From an uncultured Acidocella sp. (lineage in GTDB: Bacteria; Pseudomonadota; Alphaproteobacteria; Acetobacterales; Acetobacteraceae), in the NCBI GenBank assembly GCA_946222605.1, contig CAMIIE010000004.1, positions 18,141 through 82,140 of the forward strand: 64,000 bases of DNA, written 5' to 3'. Shown here piece after piece: positions 23,063 through 32,492 of this stretch. The notes under the pieces are model-generated. The model did no database searches. It had not been told where the DNA came from and saw nothing but the letters and a program-made list of their open reading frames with translations. Position 1 is the first letter of the stretch; every line of letters begins with the position of its first letter. The translations under genes and the position numbers were made by a program.

Positions 23063-24058
23063 TCAGATCCGCTCGGCGGTGATCCGGCCTTTCTGGCGCA
23101 GCATGGTGTTGAGGAAGATGCCATGCGGCGAGCGCCCGACCGGGATGGAGCTGTAATTGCCGCTCACCGGGTCGAGGATCGCCACCGATTCCGCATAGCG
23201 CAGGCAGATCCAGATATTCCCCTCCGGATCGATGCCGATATCGTCCGGCCCGCCAGGGATCTCATATTGGCGCAGGATCTGGAAGCTGACCGGGTCCAGC
23301 GCGGTCAGGCCGGTCCGCCCTGGGCCGCGATTGGAGACGTAGAGGATCTGCTTCCTGGTATCCAGGAAGATATTATGCGCGCCATCGCCGGTGACGACCC
23401 GCCGGGTGATCTGCCCGCTCACCGGATCGACCTCGACAAAGCCGCGCCCGCCCATGATGCAGCACAGCACCTTGCCGCGATGCCAGAGCACGCCCGCCGG
23501 CGTCTCGCCCACCGTCACCGCCCAGCGCTCAGTCATGCTGGTGAGGTCGAAGGAGACCAGCGTGTTGGAATTCTGCATGGAGTTGAAGGACCAGCGGCTA
23601 TCCGGCGAGAAATCCAGATGGCTCGGCCAGCGCCCGGGCTTGAAGCGCTTCACCAGCCGCAGCGTGGCGCCGTCATAGACATCCACGAAATCCAGCCGCA
23701 GCGCGTTGACCATCAGATATTTGTTATCCGGCGTGTAGCCGAGCTGATACGGGTCGGCGATGCGCTTGCGACCCAACGGCGCGCCGGTGATCGGGTCGAA
23801 GATGAAAATCGCGTTGCCCGAGGCATCGCAGATGAAAAGCTGGCCGCGGTCGGGGGTCAGGCACCAATGGCTGGGCTCGCGATAGGCCGGCTCCGTCCCC
23901 ACCACCTGGCGGCTCGTCATGTCGATGAGGCTGACCGAGCCGGCGGCGGAGTTCAGGACGAAGGCGAGGGGGGGCGTTGCCGCCAGGGCCGGAGCAGCCC
24001 CGGCGAGGGCGAGGGGCAGGGCGGCGGGCAGGGCGATGGCGGTGCGGCGTGTGAGCAT
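23063..24058 (-). CDS. YncE/YVTN-type beta-propeller protein with probable Tat signal
   Basis: MLTRRTAIAL N-terminus; repeated blades (VSLID, EPSH, PSHLDFSPD, VGRSPHG). Confidence 0.8.
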   Translation of the reverse strand: MLTRRTAIALPAALPLALAGAAPALAATPPLAFVLNSAAGSVSLIDMTSRQVVGTEPAYREPSHWCLTPDRGQLFICDASGNAIFIFDPITGAPLGRKRIADPYQLGYTPDNKYLMVNALRLDFVDVYDGATLRLVKRFKPGRWPSHLDFSPDSRWSFNSMQNSNTLVSFDLTSMTERWAVTVGETPAGVLWHRGKVLCCIMGGRGFVEVDPVSGQITRRVVTGDGAHNIFLDTRKQILYVSNRGPGRTGLTALDPVSFQILRQYEIPGGPDDIGIDPEGNIWICLRYAESVAILDPVSGNYSSIPVGRSPHGIFLNTMLRQKGRITAERI

Positions 24059-25266
24059 GCAGCCCCTGTAGACCCGTTTTGTGCGTTTGCGAAGATGGCG
24101 CTTACCCACAAGAAGAACGCCGAGGCGGTCCCCGCGATCAGGGTGTTGTCGGTCAGTGATTGCACGGCGAATGCAATGAAAATCAACCGCATCAGCCAGG
24201 CCTGCCGGGCCGGCAGCCGCGCCGTGCCGCGCCCCACCCACAGCAGCATCAGCCCGAGCAGCAGCCCCAGCCCCAGCACCCCGCCCTCGGTGCCGATGCG
24301 CAGATATTCATCATGCGCGGCATTGGTGCCGATCAGCCTGGCCAGCGGCGCGCTGAGCGGAATGATGATCTTACCCGCCCCCACCCCCCAGCCGACCCAG
24401 GGCGAGTGCTGGATGGCGGTCCAGAAATAGGGCCAGACCAGCGTGCGGTTGGACAAGTTGGACGCCAGGCCAAGCTGCGTCATGTCGATGACGCGCAGAA
24501 AATCGAGCTGGCTGAAACAGAGCGCCACCAGAGCGGCCAGCGCCCCGGCCAGGGCGAAAGCCCGCAGGCAGCCGCGCTGGGCCAGCAACGCCGCCAGGAC
24601 GAGGCCGCCCAAAACCAACGGCGAGCGCGCCCCGGTGAGCAGGATGAGGGTGAAATTGATCCCCGTCAGCAGCGCCACGGCCCGGCGCGGCCGTACCGCC
24701 AGCTCCAGCACCCCGGCATAAAGCCCCACCAGCGCCGCCCCGGCCAGAAAGGGCGGCTGCCCATCCCCGCCCAGCCGCAGCGCCCCCAGCTCCAGCGTGT
24801 AGAACCGGTCCAGCCCCGCCAGCGCCAGCATCGCCGCCACCCCCACGGCGCAGAGCGGGGCGATCATCACCGCCCGGCAGGCGGTACGGCTGAAGCCCCC
24901 ATCCTGGCGGACAAAGCCGAACAAAAACGGCGCGGCGGAGCCGATCAGCGACCGCGCCGAGGCCTCCAGGCTCAGCCCCGGATGCAGCCCATGGATCAGC
25001 CCGACGCAGAACATCAGCAGAAACGCCAGGGACGGATTGCCCACATCCCGTCGTGGCCCGTAGCGCCAGAGTGCTCCGGCCAGCACCAGCAAGCCATAGA
25101 GCTTGAGCAGCCCCGCCGTCGCCTCCAGGCTGCCGGTGGCGGCACTCAGCCAGCCATCCGGCGCGGTGGCCAGCGCCAGCACCCACAGCAGCACCGCCTG
25201 GCGCGGCCGCGCCAGGGCCAGCAGCACGAGCGGCAACACAGAAACCACAACCAGGAATTGCAGCAT
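23953..25266 (-). CDS. O-antigen ligase / Wzy_C family membrane protein
   Basis: LTGARSP, SNRTLVW, PWVGWGVG, AHDEYL..EGG; many TM segments; 3' end overlaps the propeller gene start. Confidence 0.85.
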   Translation of the reverse strand: MLQFLVVVSVLPLVLLALARPRQAVLLWVLALATAPDGWLSAATGSLEATAGLLKLYGLLVLAGALWRYGPRRDVGNPSLAFLLMFCVGLIHGLHPGLSLEASARSLIGSAAPFLFGFVRQDGGFSRTACRAVMIAPLCAVGVAAMLALAGLDRFYTLELGALRLGGDGQPPFLAGAALVGLYAGVLELAVRPRRAVALLTGINFTLILLTGARSPLVLGGLVLAALLAQRGCLRAFALAGALAALVALCFSQLDFLRVIDMTQLGLASNLSNRTLVWPYFWTAIQHSPWVGWGVGAGKIIIPLSAPLARLIGTNAAHDEYLRIGTEGGVLGLGLLLGLMLLWVGRGTARLPARQAWLMRLIFIAFAVQSLTDNTLIAGTASAFFLWVSAIFANAQNGSTGAACSHAAPPSPCPPPCPSPSPGLLRPWRQRPPSPSS

Positions 25267-25334
25267 GGCTCGTCATAGCCCATTTGAACCCACCGCGCTT
25301 GTGATTTCTTCCCGATGCGCCAAAGATGATGCCC

Positions 25335-26099
25335 ATGAAATTAAACGTTTCCGAGGCCGGCGACGGCCCGCCGCTGGTGCTGCTGCATGGCCTGTTCGGC
25401 GCCGCCCGCAATCTCGGCGTGCTCACCCGGGCCTTCTCCGCGCATTACCGCGTCTTCGCGCTGGATCTGCGCAACCATGGCGACAGCCCGCGCGGGCCTG
25501 AGATGAATTACGCCATCATGGCGCGGGACGTGGCGGAAACCCTCTCCAGCCTCGGCCTCTCCCGGGTGCGGCTCTGCGGCCATTCCATGGGCGGCAAGAC
25601 GGCGATGATGCTGGCCCTGCAATCGCCCGATCTGGTCGAGCGGCTGGCGGTGATGGATATCGCCCCGGTCAGCTACAACCATGATTATTCAGGCTTCGTC
25701 GAGGCGATGCAGGCCATCCCGCTCACCCCCGGCCTCTCCCGGGGCGAGGCCGACCAGGCGCTCGCCGCCAGCGTCAAGGCCCCGCCGATGCGCGCCTTCC
25801 TGCTCAACAATCTGGTGCTGGGCAGCGCCCCGCGCTGGCGCGTCGGGCTGGAGGAGATCGGCGCCAATATGAAGAACCTGTTCCGCTGGGACGATCCGCC
25901 GGGCGCCACCCCCTATCACGGCCCGGCTTTGTTCCTGTGCGGCGCGGAATCGGACTATGTCCGCCCGGATTATGACGCGGCGATCCGCCAGCGCTTTCCC
26001 CGCGCCGAGATCACCCGCATCCAAGGCGCCGCGCACTGGCTGCATGCCGACAAGCCCGAGCAGGTGATCGCCGCGCTGCAGGAATTTTTCGTGGCATGA
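25335..26099 (+). CDS. Alpha/beta hydrolase (YbfF-like esterase)
   Basis: LLHGLFG, DLRNHG, GHSMGGK, DIAP, HWLHADKP. Confidence 0.9.
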   Translation: MKLNVSEAGDGPPLVLLHGLFGAARNLGVLTRAFSAHYRVFALDLRNHGDSPRGPEMNYAIMARDVAETLSSLGLSRVRLCGHSMGGKTAMMLALQSPDLVERLAVMDIAPVSYNHDYSGFVEAMQAIPLTPGLSRGEADQALAASVKAPPMRAFLLNNLVLGSAPRWRVGLEEIGANMKNLFRWDDPPGATPYHGPALFLCGAESDYVRPDYDAAIRQRFPRAEITRIQGAAHWLHADKPEQVIAALQEFFVA

Positions 26100-27202
26100 G
26101 CCAGGATTTCGATGCCATCGTCATCGGCGCCGGCATGGTCGGCGCCTCCATCGCCGCCAATCTCATCGCCACCCATAAGGTCGCGCTGGTGGAGGCCGAG
26201 GAGCAGGCGGGCTTCCATACCACCGGCCGCTCGGCGGCGATCTGGATCCGCAATTACGGCCCGCCCGCGGTGCGCGTGCTCACCGGCTTGTCTCGGGATT
26301 TCTACAAATCCCCGCCCGCCGATATCGGCACCGACCGGCTGGCGGTGGACCGCGCCATCCTCTATCTCGCCCCGCCCGCGCAGGGCCGGCAGCTGGATGA
26401 GCTGATCGCCCAGGATCTCGGCATCGAGGAAATCCCTTTGTCGAAGGCCAAGGCGCTCTGCCCGGCGCTGATCGAGGGCTATGCCAGCCGCGCTGGGCTG
26501 GAGGCGGACGGGTTCGACATGGATGTGGCCGGGCTGCACCAATATTATCTGCGCCGGATGCGCCAGGGTGGCGGGCAGCTGCTGCTTCGCAACCGCGCCG
26601 GGCGGATCGCGCGCAAGAGCGGCCTCTGGGCGGTGGAGACCTCTGGCGGGCTGACCATCACCGCCCCCATCGTGGTGAATGCCGCCGGGGCCTGGGGCGA
26701 TGAGGTGGGCAAAATCGCCGGCCTCGCCCCGCTCGGCCTTGTTCCCTGCCGGCGCACCGCCGCCATCATCGACCCTGGCCCGCATCAGGTCGCGCACTGG
26801 CCGCTGGTGCAGTCCGCCGCCCATGACTGGTATGCCAGGCCGGAAGCGCGCGCCAAGCTGATGGTCACACCCTGCGATGAAACCCCGGATGTGCCGCATG
26901 ACGTGCAGCCGGACGAGCTGGACATCGCCATCGGCATCGACCGCATGCAGCAGGCGCTGGATATTCCGGTGAAGCGCATCGAGCATAGCTGGGCGGGCCT
27001 GCGCACCTTCACCCCGGACCGCTCGCTGGCCTTTGGCTATGACAAGGCGGTGGACGGGTTTTTCTGGGCGGTGGGGCAGGGCGGCTATGGCATCCAGACC
27101 GCGCCGGCGGCCTCGGCGCTGATCGCCGCCATGGTCCGGCATGAGGATCCGGGGCCGGCCGGGGTGGTGATCCCGCAGATCGACCCGATGCGCTTTCGCT
27201 GA
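26096..27202 (+). CDS. FAD-dependent oxidoreductase (D-amino acid dehydrogenase-like)
   Basis: IGAGMVGAS, TGRSAA, VNAAGAW, WAGLRTF, GQGGYGIQ. Confidence 0.85.
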   Translation: MSQDFDAIVIGAGMVGASIAANLIATHKVALVEAEEQAGFHTTGRSAAIWIRNYGPPAVRVLTGLSRDFYKSPPADIGTDRLAVDRAILYLAPPAQGRQLDELIAQDLGIEEIPLSKAKALCPALIEGYASRAGLEADGFDMDVAGLHQYYLRRMRQGGGQLLLRNRAGRIARKSGLWAVETSGGLTITAPIVVNAAGAWGDEVGKIAGLAPLGLVPCRRTAAIIDPGPHQVAHWPLVQSAAHDWYARPEARAKLMVTPCDETPDVPHDVQPDELDIAIGIDRMQQALDIPVKRIEHSWAGLRTFTPDRSLAFGYDKAVDGFFWAVGQGGYGIQTAPAASALIAAMVRHEDPGPAGVVIPQIDPMRFR

Positions 27203-27359
27203 AATTGGTTGCAAAGCCGCAAGGCGTTTCATACGGCCGCCACCGCATGGCCGGGCCGGTGGGCTGAACGCGACGCCTGGTAAACTTGAATTGCGCGTCA
27301 TGCTCCCGATATCTAGCGCAAAGACAAATCTTTGGGGCACTGGCGTAAAGGGGCTAGCT

Positions 27360-27740
27360 TTGCGGATATTATTCATTGAGGACGACAAGAACGTCGTCTC
27401 CTTCGTGCTCAAAGGCATGCGTGAGGCTGGGCATAATGTGATTCATGCCGAATCCGCCCAGGCCGGCCGTGAGCGTGCGGCGCGGGAGACGTTCGACGTG
27501 ATCATTCTGGACCGCATGCTGCCGGAGAAAGAGGACGGCCTAGTGCTGCTCTCGCATTTGCGGGCGCAGAAGATCGAGACCCCGGTGCTGATCCTCTCCG
27601 GGCTGGGCGAGCCGACCAACAAGGTGGCGGGCTTGCGCGCGGGTGGCGATGATTATCTGGCGAAACCGTTCGCGTTTTCGGAGTTGCTGGCGCGGGTCGA
27701 GGGGCTGGCGCGGCGCGGCGGGATCACCCGCAGCGCCTGA
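27360..27740 (+). CDS. OmpR-type receiver domain only (no output domain)
   Basis: ILFIEDD, ILDRMLP, LILSG, GGDDYLAKPFAFSELLARV; stops after about 126 aa; TTG start assumed. Confidence 0.75.
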   Translation: MRILFIEDDKNVVSFVLKGMREAGHNVIHAESAQAGRERAARETFDVIILDRMLPEKEDGLVLLSHLRAQKIETPVLILSGLGEPTNKVAGLRAGGDDYLAKPFAFSELLARVEGLARRGGITRSA

Positions 27741-27750
27741 AATCCTAAAA

Positions 27751-27949
27751 TAAAAAGTTTTTGAGGGTTGTAGGAAACTTTTTTCAAAAAGTTCCCTACG
27801 TGACAAAAAGCCGGATCGCCCCCAGAGGGGGCGTCCGGCCTTTTGTCTCATTGGCCCTTTTTTGTAAACAAGGGCCACTCCTCCGGCGGCATTCCACCGC
27901 TGCGACGCAGCGGCGGAACCTTGGCCGCCTGCGCCCCAAAAAACCTTTA
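27751..27949. repeat. Family A element, copy 4 (four hairpin modules)
   Basis: TAAAAAGTTTTTG...CCAAAAAACCTTTA; shares modules with copies 2, 5, 7 and 8. Confidence 0.88.
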
Positions 27950-28654
27950 CTCTACGTCTTCTAAGTCCAGCGCATACCCCGCCGCGCGCACGGTGCGCAC
28001 GATGTCGATCTCGCCCGGCCCGTTGATCGCCTTGCGCAGCCGGCGAATATGCACATCCACCGTGCGCGGCTCGACATGTATGTCGCGCCCCCACACCGCA
28101 TTCAGCACATCCTCGCGCGAAAACACGCGCTTGGGATGGCGCAGGAAAAACTCCAGCAGCCGGAACTCCGTCGGCCCCAGATGCAGCGTGCGGCCATTGC
28201 GCAGCACGCGATGCGAGGCCGGGTCCAGCGAAATATCGTGGAAGGCCAGCTTGTTCTTCTGCGGCACCGCGCCCGCCCGGCGCAGCAGCGCGCGAATGCG
28301 GGCAATCAGCGCCTCGGTCGAGAAGGGCTTGGTGATGTAGTCATCCGCCCCGGTATCCAGCCCGCGCACCGCATCCTGCTCTTCCGCCCGGGCGGTGAGC
28401 ATGATGATCGGCAGCTGGCGCGTCGCCGGGCGGCGGCGCAGCTGGCGGCACAGCTCGATGCCCGACATCGTCGGCAGCATCCAGTCCAGCAGCAAAAGAT
28501 CAGGCGGCGCCTCGGTGATGCGCGTCAGCGCCTCGCCGCCATCGCCGGCATCCTCAACCCGGAAGCCCTGTTTTTCCAGATTATAGCGCAGCAAAGTGAC
28601 CAGCGGCGCCTCATCCTCGACGATCAGCACATACGGCTTGTTGCTCTCGGACAT
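27947..28654 (-). CDS. phoB: Phosphate regulon response regulator PhoB
   Basis: LLLLDWMLP, GADDYITKPFS, LGPTEFRLL, RTVDVHIRRLRK; follows phoU. Confidence 0.95.
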   Translation of the reverse strand: MSESNKPYVLIVEDEAPLVTLLRYNLEKQGFRVEDAGDGGEALTRITEAPPDLLLLDWMLPTMSGIELCRQLRRRPATRQLPIIMLTARAEEQDAVRGLDTGADDYITKPFSTEALIARIRALLRRAGAVPQKNKLAFHDISLDPASHRVLRNGRTLHLGPTEFRLLEFFLRHPKRVFSREDVLNAVWGRDIHVEPRTVDVHIRRLRKAINGPGEIDIVRTVRAAGYALDLEDVE

Positions 28655-28658
28655 GTGG

Positions 28659-29375
28659 TCAGTGGGCGGCCGGCATGTAGGTGGAGGTGACATCGCCCTT
28701 GGGGCGGAAATCCGGCAGGTTGGTGCCGGTGATCGCGTAATAGGTCAGCTCGGCCATGTTGGTGGTATGGTCGCCGATGCGCTCCAGGTTCTTGGCGATG
28801 AACATCAGATGCGTGCAGGCGGAAATATTGCGCGCATCCTCCATCATGTAGGTGATCAGCTCGCGGAAGATGGTGTTGTAGAGATCATCCACGGACTGGT
28901 CGGCCCGCCACACCGCAATCGCCTTCTGCGGGTCGCTCTCGCCCACCGTGTCGATGCTGGCTTTCAGATTCTGCTGCACCAGGTTGGACATCTGCCCCAG
29001 CCCGGCGAGCGAGAAACCGCTGGCGACCTGATTGATGACGATCGAGCGCTTGGCGATGTTGGCGGCATAATCGCCGACGCGCTCAAGATCGTTCACGATC
29101 TTCAGCGCCTGGATCACCTGGCGCAGATCATCCGCCACCGGCTGGCGCAGCGCCAGCAGCTGCACGGCGAATTGCTCAATCCGGTGCTGCTCGGCGTCGA
29201 TCTTGGCATCGCCCTCGATCACCCGCGCCGCCAGCTCGGCGTCATGGCCGATCAGCGCGCTGGAGGCATCCGCCACCGCGCGCTCCACCAGCCCGCCCAT
29301 ATTGGCGATGGCATCGCGCAGCTTTTTCAGGTCAGCCTCGAAGCTGGAAATCATATGTTTCGGTTGGTCGGCCAT
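28659..29375 (-). CDS. phoU: Phosphate signalling protein PhoU
   Basis: QPVADDLR, DLERVGDYA, NLERIGDH. Confidence 0.96.
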   Translation of the reverse strand: MADQPKHMISSFEADLKKLRDAIANMGGLVERAVADASSALIGHDAELAARVIEGDAKIDAEQHRIEQFAVQLLALRQPVADDLRQVIQALKIVNDLERVGDYAANIAKRSIVINQVASGFSLAGLGQMSNLVQQNLKASIDTVGESDPQKAIAVWRADQSVDDLYNTIFRELITYMMEDARNISACTHLMFIAKNLERIGDHTTNMAELTYYAITGTNLPDFRPKGDVTSTYMPAAH

Positions 29376-29386
29376 CGTCTGTCTCC

Positions 29387-30211
29387 TTAGCCGAACCGGC
29401 CGGTGATATATTCCTGGGTCTTGCGCTCGCGCGGGGCGGTGAAGATCTGGCTGGAGGAGCCAACTTCCACCAGCTCACCCAGATAGAAGAACGCCACCTG
29501 GTCCGCGCAGCGTCCGGCCTGCTGCATATTATGGGTGACGATGACGATGCAGAAATCCCGCTTCAGCTCATCCACCAGCTCCTCGATCTTCAGCGTGCTG
29601 ATCGGATCGAGCGCGGAGGTCGGCTCGTCGAGCAGCAGCACCTCCGGGCGCACCGCGATGGAGCGGGCAATGCAAAGGCGCTGCTGCTGGCCACCGGAAA
29701 GGCCGATGGCGGAGCTTTGCAGCCTATCCTTCACCTCGCCCCAGAGGGCGGCGCGGGTCAGCGCCCATTCCACCCGCTCATCCGCCTCGGCCTTGGACAG
29801 CTTCTCATGCAGCCGCACGCCAAACAGCACGTTCTCGTAAATGGATTTCGGAAACGGGGTCGGCTTCTGGAACACCATGCCCACCCGCCGGCGCAGCTTG
29901 TTCATATCCACGCCCGGGGCGATCAGATTATCCCCGCCCATCAGCACCTCACCCTCGGCGCGCTGGCCGGGATAAAGATCGTACATGCGGTTGAGAACGC
30001 GCAGCAGCGTCGATTTGCCGCAGCCCGACGGGCCGATCATCGCCGTCGCCTGGCGATCCGGGAAATCGATCGAGACATTCTTCAGCGCGTGCGTCGCGCC
30101 GTAATAAAAATTCAGATTGCGGATGGAGACACGCGGCTCAGCCCCCGGGACCTGCTGCAGGGTATGGGGGAGCTGGGCATCGGAGGACATGTTGTGACTC
30201 GCTATTTCCAT
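29387..30211 (-). CDS. pstB: Phosphate ABC transporter ATP-binding protein
   Basis: [39 protein letters not shown]. Confidence 0.97.
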   Translation of the reverse strand: MEIASHNMSSDAQLPHTLQQVPGAEPRVSIRNLNFYYGATHALKNVSIDFPDRQATAMIGPSGCGKSTLLRVLNRMYDLYPGQRAEGEVLMGGDNLIAPGVDMNKLRRRVGMVFQKPTPFPKSIYENVLFGVRLHEKLSKAEADERVEWALTRAALWGEVKDRLQSSAIGLSGGQQQRLCIARSIAVRPEVLLLDEPTSALDPISTLKIEELVDELKRDFCIVIVTHNMQQAGRCADQVAFFYLGELVEVGSSSQIFTAPRERKTQEYITGRFG

Positions 30212-30235
30212 AAGGCCATTCCATAGGCGCGATAC

Positions 30236-30275
30236 GTGACAGTACGATGACAGTCGCGTGAAGCTTCTATGACAG
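30236..30275 (-). promoter_or_regulatory. Tandem Pho boxes (four heptamers at 11-bp period)
   Basis: Minus strand CTGTCAT-agaa-GCTTCAC-gcga-CTGTCAT-cgta-CTGTCAC directly upstream of pstB. Confidence 0.9.
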
Positions 30276-30333
30276 CCGCGTCCGCAAAACGAGTCTTAAA
30301 TTTTTCGCCGGGCGGCTTCGCCCGGCGCGCTGT

Positions 30334-32217
30334 TCAGAACCGCCAGAGGAGATTGCCGGTAACTTGCGTGTCATTGCCGTCGCTCTTGAAGGCGGTAGTG
30401 GCCGCCTCCAGGCTGGCGCTGAAGCGCTGGGTGAATGTCGCACTCACACCCAGGTTGAACAAGCCCCAGCTGCCCGTCTGGTGCGGGTAGCTGTTGGTCA
30501 GCGTCACGCCGGGCACATCGGTGAAGGCGGAGCTGAAGCGCTGGTTCGGCCCGGCGAGCAGAAACTGAGCCGCCGCGCCGGCATGCGGGGCAAGCGCCAC
30601 GCCGCCCAGGCTGATATTTGTCGCAATCGTGCCGCCGGCACTGGCGACCAGCTGCTTATAGCTTTGCGAATTCACGCTCTGGGTCAGCAGCGCATCGCCG
30701 CTCTCGGTATAATTGCCCAACCCGCTCTGGGTGTAGCCCAGCCCGAATTCCGGCCCGAGCGCGATATTCGTCGCCGGATGGAATTTCAGCCCCACCGCGC
30801 CGCCGGCACTCCAGCTGGTGCCCGAAGGCTTACCGGTGATGCCACCAATCACCCCGTTGCGCTGGGTTTTGTCGCTGTCATGGTCCCAGGCGGCATAGAG
30901 CTTGGCATAGGCGTCGCCGGAGCTCGCCAGCGCATACAGCCCGACATCGACGCCATGATCCTGCACCGTGCCGCCGCCGCTCACATTCGCATGGGTGTTG
31001 TTATAGGCGAGCGACAGACCGGCGGTGAGATGCTCATTCACCCGCATATCCACCCCCAGCGCCGTCACTGCGCTGCGATAATTATAGCCGCTATCGAAGC
31101 CCTCGGTCTTGACGGTGCCGAACTGACCGGTGACGGAGAGGAACATCGCCAGTTTATGCGCCGGATCGGCGGTGCCGCCATTCACCCCGTTAATGTCATA
31201 GGACGTGCCGCTGGCGCCGTTCTGCAACGCATCCAGCCGCGCATTCAGCAGCCCCGCGAAACTCTCCGCGGCATTCGCATTCACCCGTGCCGGCACCGTC
31301 AGGCTCTCAAAGCCTTGCAGCGACGCGGCGGCATATTCGGCGATGATCTGCTGCGCATGGGTGGTCGGGTGCACATTATCCCAGAACAGATAGCTGTTCT
31401 GGGTGGCGGCGCTGCCGGTTACGCAGGCCACCGTATACAGGCAGGCATTGGTGACATTGGTGAAGCCGTACAAAGACGGATCCGCCACCACCCGGTTTAG
31501 CAACGCTTCCGTATTCAGCACGATGATATTCGCCCCCGTGCCCTGATGCAGCAGCTGCATCTCGGTGGGCAGCGCCGCATCATGCGCCTGCGAGAACGCA
31601 TCGCCCAGCGCCACGCCCTGCGCCGTGCTGTTGAAATTCGGCGTCAGCCCCAGATCCGGCAGGTTGGGCACAATCAGCATTCTGGCGCCGAGATTGATCA
31701 GCGATGTGGTGTCCTGGGTGAGCTGGGTGATCGTCGTGGTGACAGCCTGCGTCACCAGCGCGGTGGCCGCCGTTGGGTTGGCCTGCACCGCCGCCGCATA
31801 GGCGAAGTAATTATTCGCCCCGCCCCACAGCGTCACCACGTCATTCGCGCCGAAACTGCCCCCCGCCGCCTGGAACGCCGCGATCTCGGTGGTGATCCCC
31901 GGCAGCGCCGCCGCTTCCAGATTGGTGCCGGCATTGGTGGTGCCGATGGTCAGCGCCCCGGTAAAGGCCCCGCCATAGGCATAGTCATTGGCTGAGGAAA
32001 ACCCGAGCCCGGTCAGCCCCGGGAGATACTCCACCCAGACCGGCCCGTTGGAAAACCGCCCCTCATAATAAGGTGCCGGCGGCAGCCCAGTGAGTTTGTA
32101 GAGATTGCCGTCATCCGACAGGCTGTCGCCAAACACATAGAGATTGCCCGCCTTCGCCGCAGGCGCCGCCATCAGGCTAAGCGCTGCCACACCGGCCAGA
32201 AGCCTGGTTTTCCTCAT
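30334..32217 (-). CDS. GDSL esterase autotransporter (EstA-like)
   Basis: Signal peptide, VFGDSLSD, GRFSNGPVW, FWDNVHPT, C-terminal beta-barrel ending WRF. Confidence 0.9.
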   Translation of the reverse strand: MRKTRLLAGVAALSLMAAPAAKAGNLYVFGDSLSDDGNLYKLTGLPPAPYYEGRFSNGPVWVEYLPGLTGLGFSSANDYAYGGAFTGALTIGTTNAGTNLEAAALPGITTEIAAFQAAGGSFGANDVVTLWGGANNYFAYAAAVQANPTAATALVTQAVTTTITQLTQDTTSLINLGARMLIVPNLPDLGLTPNFNSTAQGVALGDAFSQAHDAALPTEMQLLHQGTGANIIVLNTEALLNRVVADPSLYGFTNVTNACLYTVACVTGSAATQNSYLFWDNVHPTTHAQQIIAEYAAASLQGFESLTVPARVNANAAESFAGLLNARLDALQNGASGTSYDINGVNGGTADPAHKLAMFLSVTGQFGTVKTEGFDSGYNYRSAVTALGVDMRVNEHLTAGLSLAYNNTHANVSGGGTVQDHGVDVGLYALASSGDAYAKLYAAWDHDSDKTQRNGVIGGITGKPSGTSWSAGGAVGLKFHPATNIALGPEFGLGYTQSGLGNYTESGDALLTQSVNSQSYKQLVASAGGTIATNISLGGVALAPHAGAAAQFLLAGPNQRFSSAFTDVPGVTLTNSYPHQTGSWGLFNLGVSATFTQRFSASLEAATTAFKSDGNDTQVTGNLLWRF

Positions 32218-32307
32218 GGTCGTGTCTCCCGTTTTATCTTACCTTTGCAGGCTTTGTATCACGCAATGGTTAGGATGGCGACGGAAAAGTGACGTGATCG
32301 TGCAATG

Positions 32308-32340
32308 AAAAAAAGCCGCCTCCCCGAAGGGGAGAGCGGC
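32308..32340 (-). terminator. Probable terminator downstream of aspS
   Basis: GC-rich hairpin GCCGCCTCCCC-GAA-GGGGAGAGCGGC preceded on + by A7, i.e. a U tract on the minus strand. Confidence 0.65.
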
Positions 32341-32342
32341 GG

Positions 32343-32488
32343 TAAAAGTTGCAGAAGTTTTTGAGGGGTATGGGGAACTTTTTTCAAAAAGTTCCCCATA
32401 GACGTTTGGGGCGTTGGCACCGCAGTGCCAACGCCCCAAACGTTTTGCAGCCCTTTTTGAAAAAAGGGCTGCACCCCAAAAACTTTTG
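32343..32488. repeat. Family A element, copy 5
   Basis: TAAAAGTT..GAAGTTTTTG...CCAAAAACTTTT; hairpins GGGGAACTTTTTTCAAAAAGTTCCCC, TTTGGGGCGTTGGCAC..GTGCCAACGCCCCAAA, GCAGCCCTTTTTGAAAAAAGGGCTGC. Confidence 0.88.
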
Positions 32489-32492
32489 TAAC

